From Nanobdellota archaeon (GTDB taxonomy: Archaea > Nanobdellota > Nanobdellia > Woesearchaeales > UBA10107): a stretch of 64,000 nt of DNA. The first letter of the stretch is position 1; every line of letters starts with the position of its first letter. Positions 9,373 through 18,242 of this stretch are shown piece by piece. Made by a program: the position numbers and the translations under genes. The stretch is taken from the NCBI GenBank assembly GCA_042571125.1, contig JBHPFU010000001.1:85698-149697 (forward strand). The letters run 5' to 3'. The notes below the pieces were generated by a model, which was not told where the DNA came from, made no database searches, and was given only the letters and a program-made list of their open reading frames with translations.

Positions 9373-10663
9373 AAAATTAAAGCAAAGGAAACATCTCACA
9401 TTAAGAAGAGATCTTGGTTTGATCCATGCAACAGCAGCAGGAGTAGGAATAATTCTTGGAGCAGGAATATATGTTTTAATTGGAATCGCAGCAGGCATTG
9501 CAGGACCTGCTCTATGGATGTCTTTTTTATTGGCTGCACTAGTCGCTGTTTTTACTGGCCTAAGCTACGCAGAGCTTTGTTCGTTATTTCCAAAAGATGC
9601 AGGCGAATATGTTTATACAGAAAATGCATTTGGTAAAAAACTCGCGTTTATTATTGGATATGGAGTCGTAATTGGAGGAATTGTTACTGCTGCCGCAGTA
9701 TCTCTCGGGTTTGCGGGATATTTCTCACAGATGTTTGGAATTTCAAATACAGTTCTCATCGCGATAGGAATCATCGTTCTGTTTTCTATAATAAATTTCC
9801 GGGGAATAAAGCAATCTGCAGAATTAAATATTATTTTTACAGCAGCAGAAACATTCGGTCTTTTGATGATTATATTTTTAGCTCGTAAATTTATCGGTTC
9901 TGTTGATTATTTCGCAATGCCAAATGGTTTTGAAGGGATCATAAGTGCTGCCGCCCTGATATTTTTTGCGTTTATAGGTTTTGAAGCTGTTGTAAAGCTT
10001 TCAGAAGAGACAAAGAATCCAACAAAAACAATTCCAAGAGCGTTGATGTTATCAATCATAATTTCGACCATACTCTATTGTCTTGTTGCAGTTTCTGTTG
10101 TTAGTGTTTTGGACTGGCAGGTCATAGCACAGTCAAGTGCTCCTTTAGCGGATGTTGCAGCCGCGGTTCTTGGAAGCAAAGCATTTGTGATCCTTGCCGT
10201 AATTGCATTGATATCAACAGCGAATACGGTTTTGATTGACCTAATTGCAACATCAAGAACTCTTTATGGGATTTCTTTTAATTATCGTTTGTTAAGACCT
10301 TTCTCAATGGTGCATGAAAAGACAAGAACACCTTCAAATGCGATTTGGTTCATAATGGTTGCAGCAATCTTATTTACTTTTATTGGAGATATTGGAATGG
10401 TTGCAGGAATAACCAATTTCAGCATATTTATCACATTCATAATAATTAACGCAGCTTTGATACGTTTAAGATATTCAAAACCAAACCTAAAAAGACCATT
10501 TAGGGTTCCTTTAAATATCGGGAGGTTCCCAGTTCTACCTTTACTTGGAATTATTTATTCTGTTTTCTTAATGATTAATTTAGAATCGATAGCAATTCTT
10601 GGGGGATTAGGTTTATTCGGGTTAGGATTCGTAATTTATTATGTTTTGAATAAATTTAATTAA
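9362..10663 (+). CDS. APC-superfamily amino acid/polyamine permease
   Basis: About 12 predicted TM helices. N-terminal GVGIILGAGIYVLIG and FIGFEAV motifs are typical of APC transporters. Confidence 0.75.
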   Translation: MPHRKLKQRKHLTLRRDLGLIHATAAGVGIILGAGIYVLIGIAAGIAGPALWMSFLLAALVAVFTGLSYAELCSLFPKDAGEYVYTENAFGKKLAFIIGYGVVIGGIVTAAAVSLGFAGYFSQMFGISNTVLIAIGIIVLFSIINFRGIKQSAELNIIFTAAETFGLLMIIFLARKFIGSVDYFAMPNGFEGIISAAALIFFAFIGFEAVVKLSEETKNPTKTIPRALMLSIIISTILYCLVAVSVVSVLDWQVIAQSSAPLADVAAAVLGSKAFVILAVIALISTANTVLIDLIATSRTLYGISFNYRLLRPFSMVHEKTRTPSNAIWFIMVAAILFTFIGDIGMVAGITNFSIFITFIIINAALIRLRYSKPNLKRPFRVPLNIGRFPVLPLLGIIYSVFLMINLESIAILGGLGLFGLGFVIYYVLNKFN

Positions 10664-11328
10664 ATCTTCTTCATAAAACCGATCAGGGCCATTGCTTCTC
10701 TTTTTGTTAAGAATGATTTTCCAAGCAAACGTTTCCAGACCTTAATCTGGGTTTCTTTTTTCCCTTCTGTAGCAAATTCCATCTTCTTCATTTTCTCTTT
10801 AAGAACTTTCATAATCTGATCTTTTTCATTTTTTGTTGCGTATCGTATATGATCTACCTGAGATTTTCCTTTAAATATTTCATAGAACAGAATAGCACAG
10901 GATTGTGCAAGGTTTAATGTAGGATATTTTTTAGATGCAGGAATAGATACAATAAAATCACACATCCTAATCTCTTTATTAGTCAAACCTTTGTCTTCGC
11001 GACCTATCAATAGAGCCATCTTTGGTTTTACTTTTAATTCAGAAGGTATTATTGGGACCCGAGATATATTGTGGTCACGCCCAATCTTTGCAGTTGTTCC
11101 AACTAAATGATCAAATTTTTTTAAGTAGTCAAAATCTTTTATTTTTGCTTTTTTTAGTATATTTGAACCATGCTTAGACATTTTTATTGCATCAGAAGCA
11201 TGAATATCGCATTTTGGATTGATAATTACTAAATCCTTTAAATCAAAATTAGCCATAACTCTGCAAACAGAACCAATATTACCTGGATACGCAGGTTCGA
11301 TTAAAACTACTGAAACCATTTTATACAA
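10660..11328 (-). CDS. SpoU/TrmH-family RNA 2'-O-methyltransferase (TrmJ-like)
   Basis: VVLIEPAYPGNIGSVCRVMANF, LLIGREDKGLT and NLAQSCAILFYE match SPOUT motifs 1-3. Confidence 0.65.
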   Translation of the reverse strand: MYKMVSVVLIEPAYPGNIGSVCRVMANFDLKDLVIINPKCDIHASDAIKMSKHGSNILKKAKIKDFDYLKKFDHLVGTTAKIGRDHNISRVPIIPSELKVKPKMALLIGREDKGLTNKEIRMCDFIVSIPASKKYPTLNLAQSCAILFYEIFKGKSQVDHIRYATKNEKDQIMKVLKEKMKKMEFATEGKKETQIKVWKRLLGKSFLTKREAMALIGFMKKI

Positions 11329-12475
11329 AACCAGCTAATATATTTATTATAATCACAAGTAAAAAGAAGAAACTCACTCTTTTCCAGATCTTTTCAGCCT
11401 TTTTTTCATCTTTTGTTATTTTTTCTAGGGCTACTTTTAACATTCTTCCGCCATCAATCGGCCCTAAAGGGAGCAGATTAAACAAGCCAATACCTATGTT
11501 AAGAACATATAGCCAATAAAATAAGCCTACAACCCACATAAATACATTAGAGAAAACCCCGCTATAACTTTGCTTTATGCTTATACCAATATAGGGAATT
11601 GTTTTATTTTGAGGGGCAGTACCTAATGTCACAAAATATTCATTTTCTTCAGTTCCTACTTTTATCTGATCTCCAGGAGATTTATTAATGAGAATTTTTG
11701 TTAGACCAAAAGTATTTTCAATTTCAGCACCATCCAAACTATTAATCACTTCTCCGCTAATCATACCAGATTCTTCTGCAGGTGAACTTCCATTCACTTT
11801 TAAGAAATCAACAACTTCTACTCCATCAAAATTTACATACGCGTTCATTACAGGAGCAAAAATAACTAAAGATATCAATAGCGATAAAATCCCAAGAACA
11901 ATATTAGAGAAAGGACCTGCAGCAAAAACAGAAAGCTGCGCTTTCGCAGATTTTTTAACCATCTGTTTTTCATCAGGCTCAACAAATGCAGCAGGAAGAA
12001 CAGGAACTAACACCGCTAAGAATGCAAATCCGCTTGATTTAAGTTTAATGTCATTTAATCTTGCTAGGACTCCGTGAGAAAATTCGTGAACAACCGCCAA
12101 GATGAATATAGAGATAATCCAGTAAAAGAAAGGAACAAAGAAACCGCCTTTGACTTTGAAAGGGAGTACCAATGCAACGCCTGTTGCTGCATCAGGAATA
12201 AGAAATATTTTGAGTAGATTGTATACAAGCATTACAGAAATCAAGCCCATTCCTATGAATCCTACAACAATCCCAACATACCCCGCATATTTTGTAAAGC
12301 GAGGCCATCTTTTTGCGAAAGAATTCATCGCGTTTATGCCTAATTTTGTTTTGTACAGAACAAAATAAAGAATAGGGAAGATTATCTTCTGGATTTCTAT
12401 CTTTTTTCTGTTTTTTAATAGAAAAAGAGTAAGAGTAAAAAGAAAAATTATTGCAAATAATGATTCTAAGTCCAT
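11321..12475 (-). CDS. Site-2 protease family (M50) membrane metalloprotease with PDZ-like insert
   Basis: HEFSHGV (HExxH) lies in a TM segment. Distal NLLPLGPIDGG motif. Multiple TM helices. Confidence 0.8.
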   Translation of the reverse strand: MDLESLFAIIFLFTLTLFLLKNRKKIEIQKIIFPILYFVLYKTKLGINAMNSFAKRWPRFTKYAGYVGIVVGFIGMGLISVMLVYNLLKIFLIPDAATGVALVLPFKVKGGFFVPFFYWIISIFILAVVHEFSHGVLARLNDIKLKSSGFAFLAVLVPVLPAAFVEPDEKQMVKKSAKAQLSVFAAGPFSNIVLGILSLLISLVIFAPVMNAYVNFDGVEVVDFLKVNGSSPAEESGMISGEVINSLDGAEIENTFGLTKILINKSPGDQIKVGTEENEYFVTLGTAPQNKTIPYIGISIKQSYSGVFSNVFMWVVGLFYWLYVLNIGIGLFNLLPLGPIDGGRMLKVALEKITKDEKKAEKIWKRVSFFFLLVIIINILAGFV

Positions 12476-12476
12476 C

Positions 12477-12638
12477 TTATTTCTTTCTTACAGGTCTTAA
12501 TGCTTTAGATCCACATTTTCTGCAGCTGATTTTTCCTGCAATAACCATTAAATTTGTTGCTCGTATCTTGCTTTTGCATTTACGGCAAACAAAAATGTTT
12601 TTTAAGTTTCTTGCTTCAGCTTCTGGAAATCTTGCCAT
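12477..12638 (-). CDS. rpl40e: 50S ribosomal protein L40e (53 aa, below ORF-track cutoff)
   Basis: My translation is MARFPEAEARNLKNIFVCRKCKSKIRATNLMVIAGKISCRKCGSKALRPVRKK. It has the MARFPEAEAR start and a CxxC..CxxC ribbon. The ATG overlaps the aIF5A stop (TAATG). Confidence 0.8.
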   Translation of the reverse strand: MARFPEAEARNLKNIFVCRKCKSKIRATNLMVIAGKISCRKCGSKALRPVRKK

Positions 12639-13036
12639 TATTCTGCTCCTTTTATCTGCTTCATAATCCTCTGATCTAGGATTTCCCAGTACAGAGCAGT
12701 TGCCCCTTCAACAACCTCTCCTTTTAGTTCGTCAGGGATAGTAAGATCAAATGTCTCGTATGTTTCTGAGTCCATCACATTTGCAGTATTGCCCGAGATA
12801 GACAGTACTTGTGCAGTCTTTTTCTCTATTATTGGAACATCAACAGACCCGTGAGGCATTACAATGTCTCTCTTCTTTCCATCGATAAGACCCATTGCAA
12901 CGATTCTGAACTTTGCGTGACCGTGTTTTCCAGGCCTTGAAACGTCAACAGAGTTGACTCTACAGGCAGCACCATCAATCATCATATAACTGCCAGATTT
13001 TATTGAACTAACATCAGCAACTTTTGTATCAGCCAT
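12638..13036 (-). CDS. eif5a: Translation initiation factor 5A (aIF5A)
   Basis: Hypusine loop SRPGKHGHAKFRIVAMG. Size and OB-fold C-terminus fit. Likely start is MADTKV (ATG 13036). Confidence 0.9.
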   Translation of the reverse strand: MADTKVADVSSIKSGSYMMIDGAACRVNSVDVSRPGKHGHAKFRIVAMGLIDGKKRDIVMPHGSVDVPIIEKKTAQVLSISGNTANVMDSETYETFDLTIPDELKGEVVEGATALYWEILDQRIMKQIKGAE

Positions 13037-13186
13037 AATAAACAACCTCTTCTCATTGATTTTACGCTTTATAAGCAGTATTGAGCATAATTTATAAAGA
13101 TTTTGGTATATTTAACTAATGGCAACTTTAATAAACGATTAAATTGGAAATATGATAATAACGGGATTTTTACAGGTTGTATATCT

Positions 13187-14278
13187 ATGGATTATAAAGA
13201 AAAACTTAAACAAAACATAACAAACATCGATGAACTGAAAGAACATATTAAATTAACTAAGAAAGAGGAGAGCCTTCTTAAACAAGTAACAAAGATACAT
13301 CCTCTTAGCATTACCAGGCATTATCTTTCTTTAATAAATAAAGATTATAAAAAGGATCCAATAAGAAAGCTGATGATTCCTTCTAAAAAAGAGCTCGATG
13401 AAACAGGATTATACGACCCATGCGATGAAAAAAGAAACGTAAAAACCTCTGGATTGCAGCACAAATATAATCAAACAGCATTGATTCTATCTACTAATAG
13501 ATGTGCAGCCTACTGCAGATTCTGTTTTAGAAAAAGGCTTGTGGGAGTGCCTAATAAAGAAATATTAAATAGATTTGACAGTGCAGTTAAGTACATAAAA
13601 AAGCACAAAGAGATAAACAATGTTCTGATAAGTGGAGGAGACCCTTTAATTCTGCCCACAGAGATAATAGAAAAATTTCTGAAAAAACTTTCTTCAATAA
13701 GTCATTTAAATTTTATAAGATTTGGATCAAGAGTTCCTGTCACTTTCCCAGATCGAATAGTGGATGATCCTTCTTTGCTAAAGGTTTTTAAAAAATATTC
13801 CGTAAAGAATAAAAGAATACGTATTATAACTCATTTTAATCATCCTAGAGAAATTACTGAAAAATCAATCAAAGCAATAGATCAGCTTATGCACGCAAAT
13901 GTTATTGTTGGAAACCAAACAGTTCTCCTTAAAGGAGTTAATGATAGTTCTGTTGTTTTGGCAGAATTGCTTAACAAATTAACTTCGATTGGTGTGCGTC
14001 CTTATTATGTATTCCAATGCAGACCAGTCAAAAGAGTTAAAGGACATTTTCAAGTTCCATTACATAAAGGTTATAACATAGTTGAAAGTGCGAAAAAAAA
14101 ATTAAATGGTCTTGGTAAGGGATTTAGATTTATTATGTCCCATAAAACTGGAAAGATAGAAATTGTCGGAGTTCTTAATGATGAGATGTACTTCAAATAC
14201 CACCAGGCAAGAAGCAAAAAAGATCTTGGCAGATTATTTAAGAAGAAGATTGATAAAAAATTAACTTGGCTTAATTGA
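13187..14278 (+). CDS. KamA-family radical SAM protein (lysine 2,3-aminomutase / EpmB-like), about 363 aa
   Basis: CAAYCRFCFRK (CxxxCxxC), ISGGDPLILP, and a RPYYVFQCRP-type motif of the KamA family. Probable start is MDYKEKL at 13187; the ORF track begins at an upstream TTG at 13103. Confidence 0.8.
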   Translation: MDYKEKLKQNITNIDELKEHIKLTKKEESLLKQVTKIHPLSITRHYLSLINKDYKKDPIRKLMIPSKKELDETGLYDPCDEKRNVKTSGLQHKYNQTALILSTNRCAAYCRFCFRKRLVGVPNKEILNRFDSAVKYIKKHKEINNVLISGGDPLILPTEIIEKFLKKLSSISHLNFIRFGSRVPVTFPDRIVDDPSLLKVFKKYSVKNKRIRIITHFNHPREITEKSIKAIDQLMHANVIVGNQTVLLKGVNDSSVVLAELLNKLTSIGVRPYYVFQCRPVKRVKGHFQVPLHKGYNIVESAKKKLNGLGKGFRFIMSHKTGKIEIVGVLNDEMYFKYHQARSKKDLGRLFKKKIDKKLTWLN

Positions 14279-14280
14279 AA

Positions 14281-14928
14281 TTACCTGCTTTTCTTGACAC
14301 CAATTCTTGGACAATATTTAGATATGGGACATTTGCTACACCAAGGAGAGATTGGCTGGCAAGTTTCTCGTCCGAATTGAACAAATACCGCATTAAAATC
14401 CATTTTATATTTATCTGGGATAATCTTGTTTAGTTTTTCTTCTGTTTTTTCAGGAGTTTTTGTTCTTACCCATCCAAGTCTATTAGGTATTCGATGAACA
14501 TGAGTATCGACAGGTATAACACAATGACCAAACGCAAAACAAAGAACAATATTTGCTGTTTTAGGTCCGATTCCTTTTATGCTCATCAGTTCTTCTTTTT
14601 TATCAGGAACTTTTCCTTTGAATCTTTTAATTATTTCATTCGATACGTGCTGCAATGTCCTTGCTTTCTTTTTGTAGTGGCCTGAACTGAATATTATTTT
14701 TTCTAATTTTTTTATGGGAAGCGCAATAATTTCCTTAGGAGTTTTTGCAACTTTGAATAATGCTTTTGAAACCTTTTCTGTATTTTCATCTCGTGCTCTT
14801 AAACTTAATAAACACGAAATTAATATTTTAAAAGCTTCGGGATTTGATCTCATCCGGTTTAAAGTAGTCTTTGAAGTAGAAGGATACTCTTTCAGTAGAA
14901 TCTTGATTATTCTTTCTATTTTGTTCAT
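14281..14928 (-). CDS. nth: Endonuclease III (DNA glycosylase/AP lyase)
   Basis: HhH-GPD motif IKGIGPKTANIV, catalytic-region VDTHV, and the Fe-S cluster loop CQPISPWCSKCPISKYC. Confidence 0.85.
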   Translation of the reverse strand: MNKIERIIKILLKEYPSTSKTTLNRMRSNPEAFKILISCLLSLRARDENTEKVSKALFKVAKTPKEIIALPIKKLEKIIFSSGHYKKKARTLQHVSNEIIKRFKGKVPDKKEELMSIKGIGPKTANIVLCFAFGHCVIPVDTHVHRIPNRLGWVRTKTPEKTEEKLNKIIPDKYKMDFNAVFVQFGRETCQPISPWCSKCPISKYCPRIGVKKSR

Positions 14929-14946
14929 AGAACCCCCGAATTAAAA

Positions 14947-15020
14947 TGCGCCGACCGGGATTCGAACCCGGATAGTCGGCTTGGAAGGCCGAAGTCATAG
15001 CCATTAGACCATCGGCGCGC
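14947..15020 (-). tRNA. tRNA-Gly (UCC)
   Basis: Minus strand reads GCGCGCCGATGGTCTAATGG...TCGGC-CTTCCAA-GCCGA...GGTTCGAATCCCGGTCGGCGCA. It folds as a cloverleaf with anticodon loop CU-UCC-AA. No encoded CCA. Confidence 0.85.
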
Positions 15021-15044
15021 ATAAAAATATTACTTTTAAGACAT

Positions 15045-16079
15045 TTATATATTTAACTGTCTTTTCAAGTTATTTATAAACTGCTCGAAATCACGCTTTT
15101 TAATGACTGCTCCGCAAGCATATTCGTGTCCTCCTCCGCGTCCTTCAATACCTACCAGAGCATTTTTCAGCCGTCCAGATATCGGAACAGTCCCGGATCT
15201 TAGAGAACATTTCATCTCTCCTTCTTTTTCTCTTGCGATTATTATGATCTTGTCAGGATACTTATACAAAAATTCATTTGAGAGTTCACCAGAGAAACTC
15301 ATCCTTGATTCTTCGTATGGAAAAACAAATACCTTGTCATCTGTAACCTTTTTTTCTGCCTCTTGCAGCAATTCTTGATATTTTCTGTATACTTTCTTAT
15401 ACTTTTTATGGATAAAACTTCCTTGTGTTGTTGTTTGATCCAGAATTTCTTCGGGGCCATTAATTCGAGTCATAACTTTTACAGATCTCATAGCATCTTG
15501 AGTTTTCCCTTTCAAAATAAAATTGAAAATTCTTGCAAGCTCACCTATTTTTGTTTCAAACAGAGCTTTTTCTGGTTTTTTTACTGTTGGAGGTAATAAT
15601 GAAGGATATTTTTTAGAAAATTCCTCTGTTTCTTTTGACAGGTTCCAATCTCCTATAATTCCTGCAGCAGCAATCCATAAATCCTGCTTAACAACATTAT
15701 AGCAGATTGCAGAAACAGGAGAACCATCTTTTTCATTGTCCAATCTTGGATTAAACTGTTTTACATTATTAATTTTTTCAGAACCAGGGTGATGATCAAT
15801 CCAAATAATCGGCGTTTTAACAAGATCAACAAATTCCTGCGAGAGACCAGCCAGATCTAGAACGAATATTTTGTCTGGCTTATATTCTTCTACTTTTCTT
15901 ACAAATTTTTCATCAACACGAGGATCGGATTTTACTATTATTCCGTGTCCTTCCCGTACATATCTGTATAATAATAAAAAAGAAGCTAAACCGTCAGAAT
16001 CGTCATGAAAGAAAAACAAAGGATTTTTACAATTGTCCAATTCTTCCCTTATTTGTTTTATTTTATCTTCGCTTAACAT
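15045..16079 (-). CDS. DHH/DHHA1 phosphoesterase (RecJ/GAN-like nuclease)
   Basis: FFHDDSDGLAS, WIDHHP (the DHH motif), and GGGHEYACGA (the DHHA1 GGGH motif). Confidence 0.7.
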   Translation of the reverse strand: MLSEDKIKQIREELDNCKNPLFFFHDDSDGLASFLLLYRYVREGHGIIVKSDPRVDEKFVRKVEEYKPDKIFVLDLAGLSQEFVDLVKTPIIWIDHHPGSEKINNVKQFNPRLDNEKDGSPVSAICYNVVKQDLWIAAAGIIGDWNLSKETEEFSKKYPSLLPPTVKKPEKALFETKIGELARIFNFILKGKTQDAMRSVKVMTRINGPEEILDQTTTQGSFIHKKYKKVYRKYQELLQEAEKKVTDDKVFVFPYEESRMSFSGELSNEFLYKYPDKIIIIAREKEGEMKCSLRSGTVPISGRLKNALVGIEGRGGGHEYACGAVIKKRDFEQFINNLKRQLNI

Positions 16080-16192
16080 TTTAACCTAGATAAAAAAATA
16101 TGAATAAATTATATAAATTAATATTCATATAAAAAGCTTTCCACTAGACATGCCCACAAAAGCTTTATATTAAAGCTAGATATACTCATTAT

Positions 16193-17440
16193 ATGGCAAC
16201 AGGGGGAAAGTATTATGATTGTACACGCTGTAAGGGGGCAGATTTAGTGTGCGGCAGGCCTTTTTGCCCGATTCTGTTAAGAGTGAATAGTTATAGTAAA
16301 ACAAAGAAGAAGATTAAAGAGAATTTCCAAGGCTCTGCTCCATCCGTCTTTGTTGGAAGGTTTGGATATCCAAAAATAAACCTTGGATTATTAAGCCCAG
16401 GTGAGATTGTTGAAGACGCTTCTCTATATGATGATCCAAGAAGATGGGCAGAAGAAAAATTTGAGCTCCAGAAAGTTGTGGATATTAGAACTTCTTTATT
16501 GAATTCAAGAATCAAGGTTGGAGTAAAAGATCAAAAAGATAGATTCCTCCAGATGAGCCAGGAAGCTGCAATGACTATAAAGCCTGTTGATGCAGAGATT
16601 AATCTTAAGAAAGTACCTTCGTTCAATGTCTCTTTTGATTCTGTTGGTATGCCAATGGGCCCATCAGCAAGACTAAAAAAAGCAAAACTAACTTCAAATC
16701 CCAAGGTTCACACAAAAGTTGACAAGGTTGTGTCAGATACAGACTTAAAATCAGGAAAAGCAATGGAATATCTTTACAAAAATGAGTTTGATGAGAACTT
16801 TTTATCAAGAATACTTAGTGTTGGTACATTGGGTGTTAAGAAAGACAGAAAATTAGTTCCGACAAGATGGGCAATAACCGCTGTTGATGATAGTTTAGCA
16901 AAGCATAAGATAGACGAGATAAAAGATTTTCAAAGCATAGATGAATACCAGCTTTTTATTGGTTCGAACATGGGAAATATTTATTTTATAATGCTATTTC
17001 CAGATGTCTGGTCCCATGAATTGTTTGAGATCTACCTCCCAAAATCAGCCTGGAACCCTTCAGATAAGCCAAAATACTGCACAGACCATGAATTTTATGA
17101 AGGCAGAAAAACATATGCAGAAAATTGTGTTGGAGGATACTATGCTGCGCGCCTGCCAGTTTTAAATTATCTTAAAAAGATAAGAAAGCAAGCAACAATA
17201 TTATCTGTTCGATTCGAAACTCCAGAATACTGGGCAAGTCTGGGCGTTTGGGTTGTTAGAGAAGCAGCAAGAAGAACAATGAGCGCTCATCCAATGACTT
17301 TTGAGAGCAAAGAAAAGATGCTTGATTTTGTTAGTGATATTTGTTCAAAGAAATTTAAATACGATCTAAATCCTTTGTTTAAAGAAAGTAAATTGTTGGA
17401 TAGGATGAAGAATCAGTTTAAGCTAACAAAGTTTGTTTAA
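16193..17440 (+). CDS. nreA: Archaeal Nre-family DNA repair protein
   Basis: N-terminal Cys cluster CTRCKGADLVCGRPFCP, a size of about 415 aa, and a C-terminal PIP-box-like QFKLTKFV. Family assignment is from memory of Nre architecture. Confidence 0.55.
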   Translation: MATGGKYYDCTRCKGADLVCGRPFCPILLRVNSYSKTKKKIKENFQGSAPSVFVGRFGYPKINLGLLSPGEIVEDASLYDDPRRWAEEKFELQKVVDIRTSLLNSRIKVGVKDQKDRFLQMSQEAAMTIKPVDAEINLKKVPSFNVSFDSVGMPMGPSARLKKAKLTSNPKVHTKVDKVVSDTDLKSGKAMEYLYKNEFDENFLSRILSVGTLGVKKDRKLVPTRWAITAVDDSLAKHKIDEIKDFQSIDEYQLFIGSNMGNIYFIMLFPDVWSHELFEIYLPKSAWNPSDKPKYCTDHEFYEGRKTYAENCVGGYYAARLPVLNYLKKIRKQATILSVRFETPEYWASLGVWVVREAARRTMSAHPMTFESKEKMLDFVSDICSKKFKYDLNPLFKESKLLDRMKNQFKLTKFV

Positions 17441-18192
17441 CGATACTGCCCTTGCAGTTCTTTAGGAAGCCTTGCTCTGCATCTTTTGTCTAGGTCCAAA
17501 ACAACATTATTAAAACTTTTTTCAGGCGTCCTTTCTATTTCGTTTCTGTTTATCGCTAATAATGCTTTTTCTGACATAAAAGCCATCCCCAGGTATGCTA
17601 GACCTCTCGGATCTTTTGGTCCTTTCCATTCATACTTAACAAAATTTGAATCTTTTATTTCTTGGCGTCCTTCAATCATGTATTTGAAGAATTCAGAGCT
17701 ATCAGCATCAAGATTAGAATCATCTCCGCTCACTCTCATTGGAGCTGATTCAGATCCCATTAATTCTGCTCTTACTTTTGCCATATTTTCATAAAATTCA
17801 GGGTTTCTTCTTCTTGAATCTGATGCGAGATTGAATAGGAACTGCAAATAATTCTTTTGATCTGGGCTTAAGCCAGGACTTCTAAGATCTATATCTCCGC
17901 TGTTTAGTATAAAGAAAGGAGAATCTCGCATAAATACCATTCCAGAGTCAAATGATGAACCTGCACTTGTTGGCATGCAATACATCACAACACCCTTTAT
18001 CGCTCTTCTCATTCCTTCTCTGTTCTCAGTGCAGATCTCAAGACCGCCAGCTTTCTGGTTTGTATGGTCAAGAGGATAATGAGGAGAATAACCTTCTTTT
18101 TTAAGAAAACCGCCCCATTGTCTTAGAAAACCATCAATAGCGTCTGTAGTTTCTCTTACAGGACTTATCATAAATAAATCATTGTCTATCAT
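17437..18192 (-). CDS. Hypothetical protein
   Basis: 251-aa ORF. The 3' end overlaps the nre stop by 4 nt. No motif recognised. Confidence 0.45.
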   Translation of the reverse strand: MIDNDLFMISPVRETTDAIDGFLRQWGGFLKKEGYSPHYPLDHTNQKAGGLEICTENREGMRRAIKGVVMYCMPTSAGSSFDSGMVFMRDSPFFILNSGDIDLRSPGLSPDQKNYLQFLFNLASDSRRRNPEFYENMAKVRAELMGSESAPMRVSGDDSNLDADSSEFFKYMIEGRQEIKDSNFVKYEWKGPKDPRGLAYLGMAFMSEKALLAINRNEIERTPEKSFNNVVLDLDKRCRARLPKELQGQYR

Positions 18193-18242
18193 TCTGTCGT
18201 TTAGAAATAGGATTTATTTAAATAGTTTACTTTGTCATTTAT

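Noticed and set aside
12451-12666. 71-aa plus-strand ORF listed in the track
   Set aside because: The opposite strand encodes a clear L40e with a conserved N-terminus and zinc ribbon, tightly coupled to aIF5A. The plus-strand translation is hydrophobic noise.
14828-15022. 64-aa minus-strand ORF
   Set aside because: It is almost entirely the tRNA-Gly gene (14947-15020) plus the nth start region, so it is an artefact.
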